Source: an uncultured Calditrichaceae bacterium (lineage in GTDB: Bacteria > Calditrichota > Calditrichia > RBG-13-44-9). From it: a stretch of DNA of 64,000 bases. The stretch covers positions 642 through 64,641 of the forward strand of contig CAYLYM010000002.1 of NCBI GenBank assembly GCA_964387645.1. The letters are read 5' to 3'. A model generated the notes under the pieces. The model was given only the letters and a program-made list of their open reading frames with translations, did not search any database and was not told the origin of the DNA. The translations under genes were made by a program, and so were the position numbers. How positions within the stretch are numbered: position 1 is the stretch's first letter; each line of letters begins with the position of its first letter. This document shows, piece after piece, positions 18,221 to 29,071 of this stretch.

Positions 18221-19213
18221 ATGCGATCGTTGAAAATTTTAATTTATTTTACTCTTCTTACTTTTATTATAATTGGTTTTTTGTTTTCCGGTTGTGGAAA
18301 GAAGAGTAATGTCGTCACCTTGAAGATGGCTCATGGATTGGCGACCACCCACCCGGTACACAAAGCCATGGAATTCATGGCGAAAAAAGCACTGGAAAAG
18401 TCTGATTCCACGCTGGTGATTGAGATTTATCCAAACGAACAATTAGGCAACGAAAAAGAAATGCTGGAAAAATTACAGTTGGGTGCTATTGCTCTTACCA
18501 AAGTATCCAGCAGCATGTTAGAGAGCTTTCTAGATGAGTACAAAGTATTTGCTCTTCCTTACATTTTCCGCAACGATGAGCACAAATGGAAAGTATTTAA
18601 TGGTCCTATTGGTAAAAAGATATTGGCTTCTGGTGAAAAAATTAAGCTGAAGGGATTGGTTTATTATGATGCAGGTTTCCGTAGTTTTTATACCCGAGAA
18701 AAACCGATTTTGCATCCTGATGATTTAAAAGGATTAAAGATCCGAACTCAGCAAAGCCCCATGGCAATGAAAATGATTTCGGCTTTAGGCGGATCGGCCA
18801 CACCCATTTCGTGGGGCGAATTATACACAGCCCTTCAACAGGGTGTAGTAGATGGTGCAGAAAATAATCCACCTAGCCTTTACACTTCCAATCATTACGA
18901 AGTCTGTAAGCATTATAGTCTGGATGAGCATACGGGAGTGCCAGATGTTGTTTTAATCAATACTGATGTCTGGAACAGATTGTCCCCTCTTCATAAAAAA
19001 GCTCTTATGGAGGCTGCTGAAGAATCTGTACCTTATCAAAGGCAATTGTGGAAAGAATTTGTAAAGGAGAGTATGGATAAAATGGTTGCAGCGGGTCTAA
19101 AAGTATATCATCCCGATAAACAGCCTTTTAAAGAGAAGGCTATGGCATTGTGGAAAGAATTTGAAGGAACAATTGTTGGCGAATTGGCAAAAGAGATTCA
19201 AGAGGTGAAGTAA
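18221..19213 (+). CDS. dctP: TRAP transporter substrate-binding protein, lipoprotein (probably uronate-binding)
   Basis: YPNEQLGNE, DLKGLKIR, ELYTALQQGVVDGAENN; lipobox FSGC. Confidence 0.93.
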   Translation: MRSLKILIYFTLLTFIIIGFLFSGCGKKSNVVTLKMAHGLATTHPVHKAMEFMAKKALEKSDSTLVIEIYPNEQLGNEKEMLEKLQLGAIALTKVSSSMLESFLDEYKVFALPYIFRNDEHKWKVFNGPIGKKILASGEKIKLKGLVYYDAGFRSFYTREKPILHPDDLKGLKIRTQQSPMAMKMISALGGSATPISWGELYTALQQGVVDGAENNPPSLYTSNHYEVCKHYSLDEHTGVPDVVLINTDVWNRLSPLHKKALMEAAEESVPYQRQLWKEFVKESMDKMVAAGLKVYHPDKQPFKEKAMALWKEFEGTIVGELAKEIQEVK

Positions 19214-19215
19214 TC

Positions 19216-19707
19216 ATGTATAAACGAATAAGAAAAGGGCTTGATACATTTTTAGAAGTTCTTACAGCAGTGGTTATGGGTATCTTGGTTCTGGATGTAA
19301 CTTGGCAAGTAATAACTCGTTTTATTCTGAAAAATCCGAGTAATTGGTCGGAGGAATTGGCCACTTATCTGATGATTTGGGTTGGTCTACTGGGGGCGGC
19401 TGTTGCGCTAAATCGTGGCGCACATCTGGGTATTGATTATTTCGTTGGAAAATTGGATCAAAAGAAAAGACTGATCACAGAGCTTATCGTCTTCCTCTCT
19501 ATTGGGTTTTTCTCGGTCTTTGTGTTAATTTTGGGTGGTGTTAAACTTGTTCAAGAAACCTTCCAGATGGGACAAACGGCTCCGGCTACCGGCATTAAAA
19601 TTGGTTATGTTTATATTTCTGTGCCAGTTTCTGGCTTTTTTATTGCCCTTTACAGTTTTGAATTTTTTGTAGAAAGCTTTTTAAAGCTGAAAAAACTATC
19701 ATCTTAA
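19216..19707 (+). CDS. dctQ: TRAP transporter small permease
   Basis: QVITRFI, WSEELATYLMIW, GAHLGID; four TM helices. Confidence 0.92.
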   Translation: MYKRIRKGLDTFLEVLTAVVMGILVLDVTWQVITRFILKNPSNWSEELATYLMIWVGLLGAAVALNRGAHLGIDYFVGKLDQKKRLITELIVFLSIGFFSVFVLILGGVKLVQETFQMGQTAPATGIKIGYVYISVPVSGFFIALYSFEFFVESFLKLKKLSS

Positions 19708-19789
19708 ATTTCTAGTGATTTATCTCCGCAGAGGGAGATGAGAATAAGTGTTGATTAATTGGTTATATTAATTCAAAGTGGAGTTGTCA

Positions 19790-21088
19790 ATGGATTGGCC
19801 TACAATTGTTCTGGTTGTTAGTTTTGTTGTTTTGCTTTTTTTGAATGTACCTATTGCCTTTGCCATTGGTATTTCAACCCTTTTAACCATTTATACCATC
19901 GGTGGATTACCTGCTCTCAAGATTGTGGCACATACCATGGCAACAGGTATCGATAGCTTTGCTTTACTCGCTATTCCATTTTTTATCTTAGCCGGACTTT
20001 TTATGGGTCGCGGTGGAATTGCCCGAAGGCTGATCGACTTTGCCAACGTGATTGTCGGTCGATTTCCAGGTGGCCTGGCGTATGTAAATATTTTAACCTG
20101 TATGCTTTTTGGCGCGATATCAGGGTCAGCCGTTGCGGCTGTTTCCAGCGTCGGTGGATTCATGATTCCTCTAATGAATAAAGAAGGTTATCACCGCGAT
20201 TTTAATGCTTCGGTAAGTATTACAGCAGCAACAACTGGATTACTTATTCCGCCAAGCAATGTAATGATTGTTTATTCTCTGGCTACCGGAGGAATTGTCT
20301 CTATTGCTGCGATATTTCTGGCTGGATTTCTACCAGGGTTTCTGATGGGCCTTGGTTTAATGATAGTTAGCGGTATAATTTCTATTCGGCGTGGATATGG
20401 AAAAGGTATAAAATTTGGTTTGAAAGAAGGGTTTATTAAATTTCTGAGTGCTATTCCGCCATTATTCTTAGTGGTATTAGTTCTCGGTGGTATTTTAGCA
20501 GGATTTTTTACTGCTACTGAAGCCGCAGCAATTGCAGTCGTATATGCCTTCATTCTATCAGTCTTTTTTTACAAAGAGGTTAAACTTAAAGATATCCCGC
20601 ATATTCTTTTACAAGGAGGCATTACTACTGCTGTTGTGTTTTTGCTTATTGGAACTTCCATGGCAATGTCCTGGGTGTTAGCCTATCAGGATATACCACA
20701 AAATATCAGCACTGCCTTATTAAGCCTTTCGAATAGTAAGATTATCATCCTGTTGATTATCAACCTCATTTTATTAGCGGTAGGTACTTTTATGGATATG
20801 ACACCCGCTGTGCTGATTTTTACACCCATTTTCTTACCAATTGTTCAGAATTTAGGTGTGCATCCTATTCATTTTGGTATTATCATGATTATGAATTTAT
20901 GTATTGGTATTTGTACTCCACCAGTGGGTTCTGCGTTGTTTGTCGGCTGTGGAATTGCTGAAACGACTATAACTAAAGTACTGAAACATATTATTCCATT
21001 TTTCATTGCCATGATTATTGTCCTGTTTATCACTACCTATATTCCTGAAATTTCCCTCATTATTCCACGTCTCTTCGGCTTTCACTAA
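19790..21088 (+). CDS. dctM: TRAP transporter large permease
   Basis: LLAIPFFILAG, GAISGSAVA, LLIPPS, GICTPPVG. ATG at 19790 preferred over the GTG at 19778 (GGAG SD). Confidence 0.95.
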   Translation: MDWPTIVLVVSFVVLLFLNVPIAFAIGISTLLTIYTIGGLPALKIVAHTMATGIDSFALLAIPFFILAGLFMGRGGIARRLIDFANVIVGRFPGGLAYVNILTCMLFGAISGSAVAAVSSVGGFMIPLMNKEGYHRDFNASVSITAATTGLLIPPSNVMIVYSLATGGIVSIAAIFLAGFLPGFLMGLGLMIVSGIISIRRGYGKGIKFGLKEGFIKFLSAIPPLFLVVLVLGGILAGFFTATEAAAIAVVYAFILSVFFYKEVKLKDIPHILLQGGITTAVVFLLIGTSMAMSWVLAYQDIPQNISTALLSLSNSKIIILLIINLILLAVGTFMDMTPAVLIFTPIFLPIVQNLGVHPIHFGIIMIMNLCIGICTPPVGSALFVGCGIAETTITKVLKHIIPFFIAMIIVLFITTYIPEISLIIPRLFGFH

Positions 21089-21095
21089 GATAAAT

Positions 21096-21128
21096 GAAAC
21101 CACCTTGAAAAGGATTCAGGGTGGTTTC
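21096..21128 (+). terminator. Stem-loop terminator after the TRAP operon
   Basis: GAAACCACCTTGAA / TTCAGGGTGGTTTC, 14 bp with one G-U pair. Confidence 0.7.
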
Positions 21129-21400
21129 TGCAATTCTTGTATTTAGTTTTTATTTTCTAAAAAGACTATAAGTTCATAAGCTTCTCAATAAAATGCGTCC
21201 TAGTTTATTTTTAAAATTTGTTTGAATTAATCTATTTAACAAAAGCTTTTCATTTTTTGAATATTAGATTTGTTAATATTTTATATTGTGAATTGTTTTA
21301 TTCACTCTATCTATTATTTATAAACGGGGAGTGGATTTACAAAATTTTTGAATTTATTGAATAAATTGATATTAAATAATTCAATTTTTTTGAGGAGGAT

Positions 21401-23560
21401 ATGCAAATAAGGTTTGGTCTCTTTTCTATTTTAATTTTCATTATTAATATATTTATAATTTATTCAGTGTTAGGAAATAGTCGGATAGAAGCTGTGTTAA
21501 TAGAAACGCCGCCTAGGATTGATGGGCGAGTTGTTGAAGATGTATGGTTTAAAGCAGCAGTAGTTGATCAGTTTTTCCAGAGGGAGCCAGATACTGGTCA
21601 ACCCTCATCACAACCAACTGAATTTTACGTCTGTTACGATCGAGATTATCTTTACATTGGAGTCAAATGCTATGATGATCCTGCTAAGGTTACTGCGAAA
21701 GAAATGGCGCGCGATGCCAGTTTAAAATATGATGATAAAGTAGCCATCATTATTGATACTTTTCTTGATCGTCGGAATGCTTACTGGTTTCAAATTAATC
21801 CACGCGGTTGTATTGGCGATGGAATTTTGAGTCAAAATGGTGCTGCATTAAATAAACAGTGGGATGGGCTTTGGGAAGGACGTGCTAAAATTCATGAAAA
21901 GGGTTGGGATGCCGAAATAGCCATACCGTTCAAGACCTTGAGTTTCCATCCTGGTCAGACTACCTGGGGCATCAAATTTATGCGCGAAATTCAACGGAGA
22001 AGTGAAAAGGTTTATTGGCCGGTTGCGAATTTAGATACTTATAAGTTCCAGGTGTCAGATGCAGGACTATTGGAAGGTCTTGATGGTATTTCGCAGGGTG
22101 TGGGATTGGATGTTGCTCCGTACGTTCTGGTTGGATTAGATCAGAAAGTTGGAACGAATTATAAGTACCCCTCAGATGCAGGTGTTGATATTTTTTATCA
22201 GATTACCTCGGGAATAAAAAGCGCTATTACAATAAATACAGATTTTGCACAAACAGAGGTTGACGATCGTCAGATTAATTTAACACGTTTCAGATTACAT
22301 TTTCCGGAGAAACGTGATTTTTTTCTTGATGGCGCCAGTTATTTTCAATTTGGGAGAGAAGGTGATCGGCAAAATCGCTATGCTAAAAAATTAATTCCAT
22401 TTTTTTCACGACGATTGGGATTAGATAAAGATGGTAATCCAATTCCAATCGTATGGGGAGCCAAAGTGACTGGTCAGGTTGGTAAATGGAATCTGGGATT
22501 TTTGAATATTATGGATGAGCGGTCGACAGGAAAAAAGAACTTTACAGTAAATCGAGTATCTCGCAATTTTGGAAGCCAATCGTCAATTGGAATGATTGCA
22601 ACGCACGGAAACGCCCTTTCAGAGGATGATAATCTACTTCTGGGTGTTGATGTGAGATTAGCTACTTCAACTTTCCGTGGCAACAAGAACCTGGCTTTTT
22701 TAGGATATCTTCTCAAATCCAAAACAACCGGTCTATCAGGAAATGATTTCGCTTTTGGAAGCGAGATCGTTTATCCTAACGATTTTTTATTTTTCAGAAC
22801 TGGTTATCACCAGATTGAAGAAAATTTCCGAGCAGGAGTTGGTTTTGTTCCAAGGTTGAATTACCGGGAATCCTATGCTGAAATTTTATTTGGTCCTCGA
22901 CCAAAAAGGTGGGGAATCTTACAAATTAAATTTGGCTCAGAACTGGATTATTTAACAGATTTGAATAATTATTTACTTACCCGAGAAGTTCGGTTTATAC
23001 CATTTTCCATATATTTTAATTCTGGAGATGAAATCGCCTTTGATATATCTCAACGGTATGAGTTTTTAGATAAACCTTTTAATATTTACACGGATCATAT
23101 TATTGATCCTGGCATTTATTCCTTTTGGCGTTACCAAATTAGAGTTGGCAGCGCCCAAAGACGAAATTTCTGGACTACTGTAAATTACAATTGGGGTGAT
23201 TTCTGGAATGGAGAAAACAAGCAATTGCAGTTGGCTATGGGATATAAAATCACTGTTCCTCTTTTCATGGGGCTGCAATTAGAACACAATGATGTTTCTT
23301 TAATCGACGGTGCTTTCAACGCCAAGGTTGTGCGTCTAAACGCCGATATTCTATTCAGTCCCAGGATAACTTTAAGCAATTTTATTCAATATGATAATTT
23401 TTCAAAAGAAATGGGTTGGCAATCTCGTTTTCGCTGGATTCTAAAACCGGGTAACGAAATTTTACTGGTTTGGAATTCTATATGGGAAGAACCCTTAGAA
23501 CGTTATGAAATTTCTCAAAGTGCTTCTCGATTGAAATTCTGTTACAATTATAGATTTTAA
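21401..23560 (+). CDS. CBM9-like domain plus DUF5916 protein; probable outer-membrane beta-barrel
   Basis: Signal peptide; PRIDG, QREPDTG, D.F.DRRNAYWFQINPRG, NTDFAQTEVDDRQINLTRFRLHFPEKRDFFL, FFSRRLG; alternating beta pattern and a terminal YRF. Confidence 0.8.
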   Translation: MQIRFGLFSILIFIINIFIIYSVLGNSRIEAVLIETPPRIDGRVVEDVWFKAAVVDQFFQREPDTGQPSSQPTEFYVCYDRDYLYIGVKCYDDPAKVTAKEMARDASLKYDDKVAIIIDTFLDRRNAYWFQINPRGCIGDGILSQNGAALNKQWDGLWEGRAKIHEKGWDAEIAIPFKTLSFHPGQTTWGIKFMREIQRRSEKVYWPVANLDTYKFQVSDAGLLEGLDGISQGVGLDVAPYVLVGLDQKVGTNYKYPSDAGVDIFYQITSGIKSAITINTDFAQTEVDDRQINLTRFRLHFPEKRDFFLDGASYFQFGREGDRQNRYAKKLIPFFSRRLGLDKDGNPIPIVWGAKVTGQVGKWNLGFLNIMDERSTGKKNFTVNRVSRNFGSQSSIGMIATHGNALSEDDNLLLGVDVRLATSTFRGNKNLAFLGYLLKSKTTGLSGNDFAFGSEIVYPNDFLFFRTGYHQIEENFRAGVGFVPRLNYRESYAEILFGPRPKRWGILQIKFGSELDYLTDLNNYLLTREVRFIPFSIYFNSGDEIAFDISQRYEFLDKPFNIYTDHIIDPGIYSFWRYQIRVGSAQRRNFWTTVNYNWGDFWNGENKQLQLAMGYKITVPLFMGLQLEHNDVSLIDGAFNAKVVRLNADILFSPRITLSNFIQYDNFSKEMGWQSRFRWILKPGNEILLVWNSIWEEPLERYEISQSASRLKFCYNYRF

Positions 23561-23693
23561 AATAATATTAAAAACAAGCTAAATGGATGTGGGAATATTG
23601 ATATAAATTTACCAGATATAATCGTAAGAATTGCTAATTTGTTTAAAATATAATTTTTTAATGTAATTTTATAATTTTAAATTTATATTGTTA

Positions 23694-23722
23694 TTGAAAA
23701 GATCAAAATAGTTTTGTAGACT
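23694..23722 (+). promoter_or_regulatory. Putative sigma70 promoter at the start of the oxidoreductase block
   Basis: TTGAAA-17 nt-TAGACT, about 40 nt upstream of the ATG at 23765. Confidence 0.45.
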
Positions 23723-23764
23723 AATATTAAGTTGCCAATCAACACAAAATAAGGAGAATGAACT

Positions 23765-24760
23765 ATGGCAAGACCTGTTACCCTTTTTACCGGTCAATGG
23801 GCTGATTTGCCCTTGAAAGATCTGGCCAAAATGGCTGCGGAGTGGGGCTACGATGGTCTGGAGTTAGCCTGTTGGGGTGATCACCTGGATGTCGAGAAGG
23901 CAGCTACGGATCTGGATTATTGTGAGAAGCAAAAGCAGATTTTAAAAGATAATAACCTTCAGCTATTTGCCATTAGCAACCATCTGGCTGGACAATTGGT
24001 ATGTGATCCTAACAACGACAGTCGTTCTGATGCTTTTGCTCCAGCTGATTGTGCGGGCGATCCGGAAAAAAAACGTGCCTGGGCAGTAGAATCTATGAAG
24101 AATGCTGCACGTGCCGCCAGGAATTTAGGCATCAAAATTGTAAATGGATTTACTGGCTCTTCAATCTGGCATATGTTCTATAGTTTCCCACCAGTAACTG
24201 ATCAGATGATTGAGGACGGTTTTAAATACTTTGCTGATATGTGGAATCCAATTCTGGATGTTTTTGATGAGTGTGGCGTAAAATTTGCGCTAGAAGTACA
24301 TCCCACTGAAATTGCTTTCGATCTTATTACTGCAAAAAAGGCTCTGGAAGCTATTAATTACCGGAAGTGTTTTGGCTTTAATTTCGATCCCAGCCATTTG
24401 CACTGGCAGATGGTCGATCCGGTAAAATTTATTTATGAATTCCCTGATAGGATTTTCCATGTTCATATGAAAGACGCTGCTTTACAATTAGATGGACGTA
24501 CTGGTATTCTTGGTTCGCATTTGAATTTTGGCCATCGTGAACGCGGATGGGATTTCCGTTCACTTGGTCGCGGCGGAGTGAATTTTGAAGAGATAATTCG
24601 AGCCCTCAACCATATTGGATACAAGGGGCCCCTCTCGGTTGAATGGGAAGACAGCGGAATGAAACGCGAGCAAGGAGCCAAGGAAGCCTGCGAATTTGTT
24701 AAAAGAATAGATTTTGAACCTTCACAGGTTGCCTTCGATGCAGCTTTTGAACAAGAATGA
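23765..24760 (+). CDS. Sugar phosphate isomerase/epimerase family (AP-endonuclease-2 TIM barrel), cytoplasmic
   Basis: [26 protein letters not shown] and SVEWE metal-binding motifs; no signal peptide. Confidence 0.88.
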   Translation: MARPVTLFTGQWADLPLKDLAKMAAEWGYDGLELACWGDHLDVEKAATDLDYCEKQKQILKDNNLQLFAISNHLAGQLVCDPNNDSRSDAFAPADCAGDPEKKRAWAVESMKNAARAARNLGIKIVNGFTGSSIWHMFYSFPPVTDQMIEDGFKYFADMWNPILDVFDECGVKFALEVHPTEIAFDLITAKKALEAINYRKCFGFNFDPSHLHWQMVDPVKFIYEFPDRIFHVHMKDAALQLDGRTGILGSHLNFGHRERGWDFRSLGRGGVNFEEIIRALNHIGYKGPLSVEWEDSGMKREQGAKEACEFVKRIDFEPSQVAFDAAFEQE

Positions 24761-24780
24761 TATTATAAAAGGTAAGAATA

Positions 24781-26100
24781 ATGAGTCCAAAAGAAAAGAT
24801 GAATCGGCGTGAATTTATAAAAAAATCAGTGGGAGCTGCTGCTTGTGCAGCAGCCTTCCCCGCTTTTATCCCTTCAAAAGTTTTAGGAAGAAACGGTTCA
24901 GTACCGCCTAGTGAGAAAATTACCATGGGTTTCATTGGTGTAGGTGGAATGGGAACGGGTAATTTGCGTGGTTTTATCGGAAAACCCGATGTTCAAGTTG
25001 TCGCAGTTTGTGATGTAGATACCGAGCACCGTAATAGGGCGCGAGATATTGTTAATTCAAGGTATGGTAATAAAGATTGTGCGACTTATAATGATTTTCG
25101 AGATTTATTAAACCGGGATGATATTGATGCGGTGTGCATTGCAACCCCAGATCATTGGCATGCATTAATTGCCGTTGCTGCAGCCCGGGCAAAAAAGGAT
25201 GTTTATGCCGAAAAACCGTTGGCCTATTCTATTGCCGAAGGTCGTGCCATTGTCGATGCTGTCCACCGTTATAACATCGTCTGGCAAACTGGTAGCCAGC
25301 AAAGGTCAGGTCGGAATTTTCGTTTTGCCTGTGAATTGGTTCGTAATGGACGAATCGGTGAAGTTAAAGTTGTCCGAGTGGGGTTGCCTTATGGGAATGG
25401 TATTCGCAAAGCCAGTACCAAACCTGCGCCTGTCCCCAGAGGATTCGATTACGACATGTGGTTAGGGCCGGCTCCGTGGGCACCTTATTGTCCTGCACGT
25501 TGCCACTGGAACTTCCGATGGATTAGTGATTACTCACAGGGTCAATTGACTGACTGGGCTGGTCATCACATTGATATTGCCCACTGGGGTATGAACACTG
25601 AATTGTCTGCTCCTATTGAAGTTTTCGATGCACGAGCTGATTATCCCAAAGCTGAAGACGGTCTTTTCGATACTCCTCCCAGTTATCGTTTTGTCTGTAA
25701 GTATAAAGAAGGTTTTACCATGGTCGTTTCTGATACCCGACAACATCCAATTGGACGAGGCGTGTTGTTTGAGGGTTCGGAAGGCTGGATATTTGTCAGC
25801 CGCAGCGGTATGAAAGCCAACCCGGAATCGCTCTTAAAATCGAAAATTGGACCAAACGAAATTCATCTTTACGAAAGCAATGATCACAGACAAAATTTTT
25901 TAGATTGTGTACGAACGAGGAAGAAAACGGTAGCCCCAGTTGATGTTGCTCATCATTCCATCATGGTAGCTCATATCGGTGCCATTGCCATGAAATTAGG
26001 GCGAAATTTGCGATGGGATAACAAAAAAGAACGTTTTATTGATGATCCAGAAGCCAATCGCTTACTTTCACGTCCCATGCGGAGTCCCTGGAAAATTTGA
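24781..26100 (+). CDS. Tat-exported Gfo/Idh/MocA oxidoreductase
   Basis: NRREFIK Tat motif; GFIGVGGMG, ATPDHWH, EKPL, DWAGHHID. Confidence 0.92.
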   Translation: MSPKEKMNRREFIKKSVGAAACAAAFPAFIPSKVLGRNGSVPPSEKITMGFIGVGGMGTGNLRGFIGKPDVQVVAVCDVDTEHRNRARDIVNSRYGNKDCATYNDFRDLLNRDDIDAVCIATPDHWHALIAVAAARAKKDVYAEKPLAYSIAEGRAIVDAVHRYNIVWQTGSQQRSGRNFRFACELVRNGRIGEVKVVRVGLPYGNGIRKASTKPAPVPRGFDYDMWLGPAPWAPYCPARCHWNFRWISDYSQGQLTDWAGHHIDIAHWGMNTELSAPIEVFDARADYPKAEDGLFDTPPSYRFVCKYKEGFTMVVSDTRQHPIGRGVLFEGSEGWIFVSRSGMKANPESLLKSKIGPNEIHLYESNDHRQNFLDCVRTRKKTVAPVDVAHHSIMVAHIGAIAMKLGRNLRWDNKKERFIDDPEANRLLSRPMRSPWKI

Positions 26101-26152
26101 TTAGAAAATTTTATATAATAATTTGAAATCAAAAATTATTCACCAAAAAATT

Positions 26153-27532
26153 ATGGGTGAAAATCAAATTTCAAGGCGGTCTTTTCTAAAAAGGTCGGCA
26201 GGGACCCTCGTAGGTACTTTGCTCTTCCCTTATTTTGTGCCAGCATCAGCATTAGGTAAAAATGGTTTTACTGTTCCAAGTGATCGTATCACTATGGGAT
26301 GCATTGGACTTGGTGGGCAGGGCACTTATAATATGCGTAATTTTATTCAGCAACCAGATGCACAAGTGATTGCTTTATGCGATGTAGATCGTGGTAGTAC
26401 TGATTATGGTATTTTAAATGCCGGAAGTTATTTTGGACTGGAACCAGCTTTGAAAAGAGCATTAGATGAATATGCCCGACAAAACCGCCCGGTAAATACA
26501 GAAAGTATTTCTTTGTATACAGATTTTCGTGAACTGCTGGCAAGAGAAGATATCGACGCTGTAACAGTGTGTACCCCGGATCATTGGCATGGATTGATTA
26601 CTATTGCTGCAGCAAAAGCCGGCAAAGATATTTATTGTGAAAAACCTTTAGTCAACAGTATTCCAGAAGGGCGAGCTGTTTGTGAAGCAGTAAAATGTTT
26701 TGGAAGAGTTTTACAAACAGGGAGTCATGAACGTTCCAACGATTCCGTCCGATTTGCATGCGAACTGGTGAGAAATGGCAGAATAGGTGAACTTCGCACC
26801 ATTGAAATCAACATGCCTAACTCTGATCAGCATCATAAATGGATACTGTCCCATAATCAGCCGCAACCAGAAATGCCGGTACCGAAGAATCTGGATTATG
26901 ATATGTGGTTAGGGCCAGCACCCTGGCGACCTTATACCCAAAATGGAGTGCATTTTTTCTGGCGTTTTATTCTGGACTTTGGTGGTGGAGAAATGACAGA
27001 TCGTGGCGCACATATCATTGATATTGCCCAACTGGCCAATAATACAGATAATTCTGGTCCAATAGAAATAAAAGGAGTTGGTAAAGCACCGAAGACGGGA
27101 ATTTACGATTGTTTTATGGATTATCAATTTGAATGTTGGTATGCCAATGGTGTCCGGCTTATCGGCAGTAGTAAGGGAGAACGAGGGTTGAAACTGGTTG
27201 GGTCTGAAGGTTGGATTTTTATTCACATCCACGGAGGTCGTTTAGAGGCAGAACCAAAATCGTTACTGCGAGAAAAAATTGGACCAGATGATATTCACAT
27301 CGGTAGAAGTCCCGGACATCATCGAAATTTTTTAGATTGTGTTAAAACACGAAATTTACCAGTAGCCCATGCCGAAATAGGTCATCGAACCGCCACTATT
27401 TGTCATTTATTGAATATTGCTTACCTTACCGGACGTCCAATTAAGTGGGATCCAGTTAAAGAAGATGTTGTGAATGATCCCGAGGTACAGCGCCTTGTTA
27501 ATCGGCCAATGCGTACTCCCTGGCATGTATAG
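26153..27532 (+). CDS. Tat-exported Gfo/Idh/MocA oxidoreductase
   Basis: SRRSFLK; GCIGLGGQG, TPDHWH, EKPL, DRGAHIID. ATG at 26153 preferred; the TTG at 26123 remains possible. Confidence 0.9.
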   Translation: MGENQISRRSFLKRSAGTLVGTLLFPYFVPASALGKNGFTVPSDRITMGCIGLGGQGTYNMRNFIQQPDAQVIALCDVDRGSTDYGILNAGSYFGLEPALKRALDEYARQNRPVNTESISLYTDFRELLAREDIDAVTVCTPDHWHGLITIAAAKAGKDIYCEKPLVNSIPEGRAVCEAVKCFGRVLQTGSHERSNDSVRFACELVRNGRIGELRTIEINMPNSDQHHKWILSHNQPQPEMPVPKNLDYDMWLGPAPWRPYTQNGVHFFWRFILDFGGGEMTDRGAHIIDIAQLANNTDNSGPIEIKGVGKAPKTGIYDCFMDYQFECWYANGVRLIGSSKGERGLKLVGSEGWIFIHIHGGRLEAEPKSLLREKIGPDDIHIGRSPGHHRNFLDCVKTRNLPVAHAEIGHRTATICHLLNIAYLTGRPIKWDPVKEDVVNDPEVQRLVNRPMRTPWHV

Positions 27533-27555
27533 TGATTTAATGGAGGATTAAATTT

Positions 27556-28881
27556 ATGTCTCAATCTAAAAAAATAAATCGAAGACAGTTTTTAAAAAAT
27601 GCATCAGCAATTACCTTAAGCGCCGTGGCAGCGCCAACTATTATTCCAGCATCTGTGCTTGGCAGAAACGGTACCATTGCACCAAGCAATAAAATTGTTA
27701 TGGGATGTATTGGTGTGGGATGGCAGGGTACTTCTAACATGGAAAATTTTTTAAGAGAACCAGACGCCCAGATTGTGGCGGTTTGCGACGTTGATAAAAA
27801 TCATTTACAACGTGCTAAACAAATTGTAGATAAACATTATGGTAATAACGATTGTGCTGTTTACCACGATTTCCGCGAATTATTAGAACGGGATGATATT
27901 GATGCCGTTTCGTTAGGTTTACCTGACCACTGGCATGCCATTCCTGCCATAATGGCTGCAGAAAAAGGTAAGGATATTTACGGAGAAAAACCATTATCAC
28001 ATACGCTAGCCGAAGGTAGAGCTATTTGCAATGCTGTTAAAAAATATCAGCGTATCTGGCAAACCGGCAGTTGGCAGCGATCGCAGGATAAATTTCGTTT
28101 TGCCTGTGAATTGGTGCGGAATGGACGAATTGGTAGAGTCCATACTGTGGAAGTAGGTTTACCATCCGGTCATACAGATTTTGCTGGTACACGTCATTTG
28201 AATAAAATAACGCCAGTACCTGAGGAATTGGATTATGATTTCTGGATTGGCCCGGCACCTTATCAACCTTATGTGCCTGCAAAAGTTCATAAAAATTGGC
28301 GCTGGGTTTTAGATTTTGGTGGAGGTCAGTTGTTAGACTGGGTTGGTCATCATCTTGATATCGCTCATTGGGGACTTGGATTAGAATATACCGGGCCAGT
28401 AGAAGTAGAAGGTTATGGCGAATATCCTAAAGACGGTATTTGGAATACAGCAACCCGTTACAAGATTACCACAAAATATCGAAATGGCATCACTATCATT
28501 TTAGCCGGTGGACATGATGATATCTGCAATGGAAAAAGAGGTACTAAATGGATTGGTGAATACGGGTGGATCTGGGTAGATCGTAGTGGAATTGATGCAA
28601 ATCCAAGGAGCCTTTTAAAAGAAAAGATCGGTCCCGATGAAATTCATCTCTACCGTTCTCCAGGACACTGGCGAAATTTTCTGGATTGTATTAAAACCCG
28701 TAAGACAACCATTGCGCCTGCTGAAGTAGCGCATCGATCGGCAACTCCCGGACACCTTGGTCAAATCGCCATGTTACTCGGTCGAAAAATACATTTTAAT
28801 CCCGATACAGAAGAAATATTAAATGATGAAACTGCCAGCAGAATGTTGAGTAACGCTTTCCGAAGTCCCTGGCACTTATAA
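27556..28881 (+). CDS. Tat-exported Gfo/Idh/MocA oxidoreductase
   Basis: NRRQFLK; GCIGVGWQG, PDHWH, EKPL, DWVGHHLD. Confidence 0.92.
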   Translation: MSQSKKINRRQFLKNASAITLSAVAAPTIIPASVLGRNGTIAPSNKIVMGCIGVGWQGTSNMENFLREPDAQIVAVCDVDKNHLQRAKQIVDKHYGNNDCAVYHDFRELLERDDIDAVSLGLPDHWHAIPAIMAAEKGKDIYGEKPLSHTLAEGRAICNAVKKYQRIWQTGSWQRSQDKFRFACELVRNGRIGRVHTVEVGLPSGHTDFAGTRHLNKITPVPEELDYDFWIGPAPYQPYVPAKVHKNWRWVLDFGGGQLLDWVGHHLDIAHWGLGLEYTGPVEVEGYGEYPKDGIWNTATRYKITTKYRNGITIILAGGHDDICNGKRGTKWIGEYGWIWVDRSGIDANPRSLLKEKIGPDEIHLYRSPGHWRNFLDCIKTRKTTIAPAEVAHRSATPGHLGQIAMLLGRKIHFNPDTEEILNDETASRMLSNAFRSPWHL

Positions 28882-29071
28882 AAAATTTGAGATTTTTATT
28901 CGAAAGAGTTGTATCTGATAAGTTTTGCAAATTATTTCTTGTATAAATAGAAATTATTATTTTTTAGGAATATTGTGTTTTTCAAAAAATTACAATATCA
29001 TTAATATTCGTTGTAATTTATAGAAAATTACATTATAAATTATTTTAGTAAAATTAACAGAAGGGATAGCC

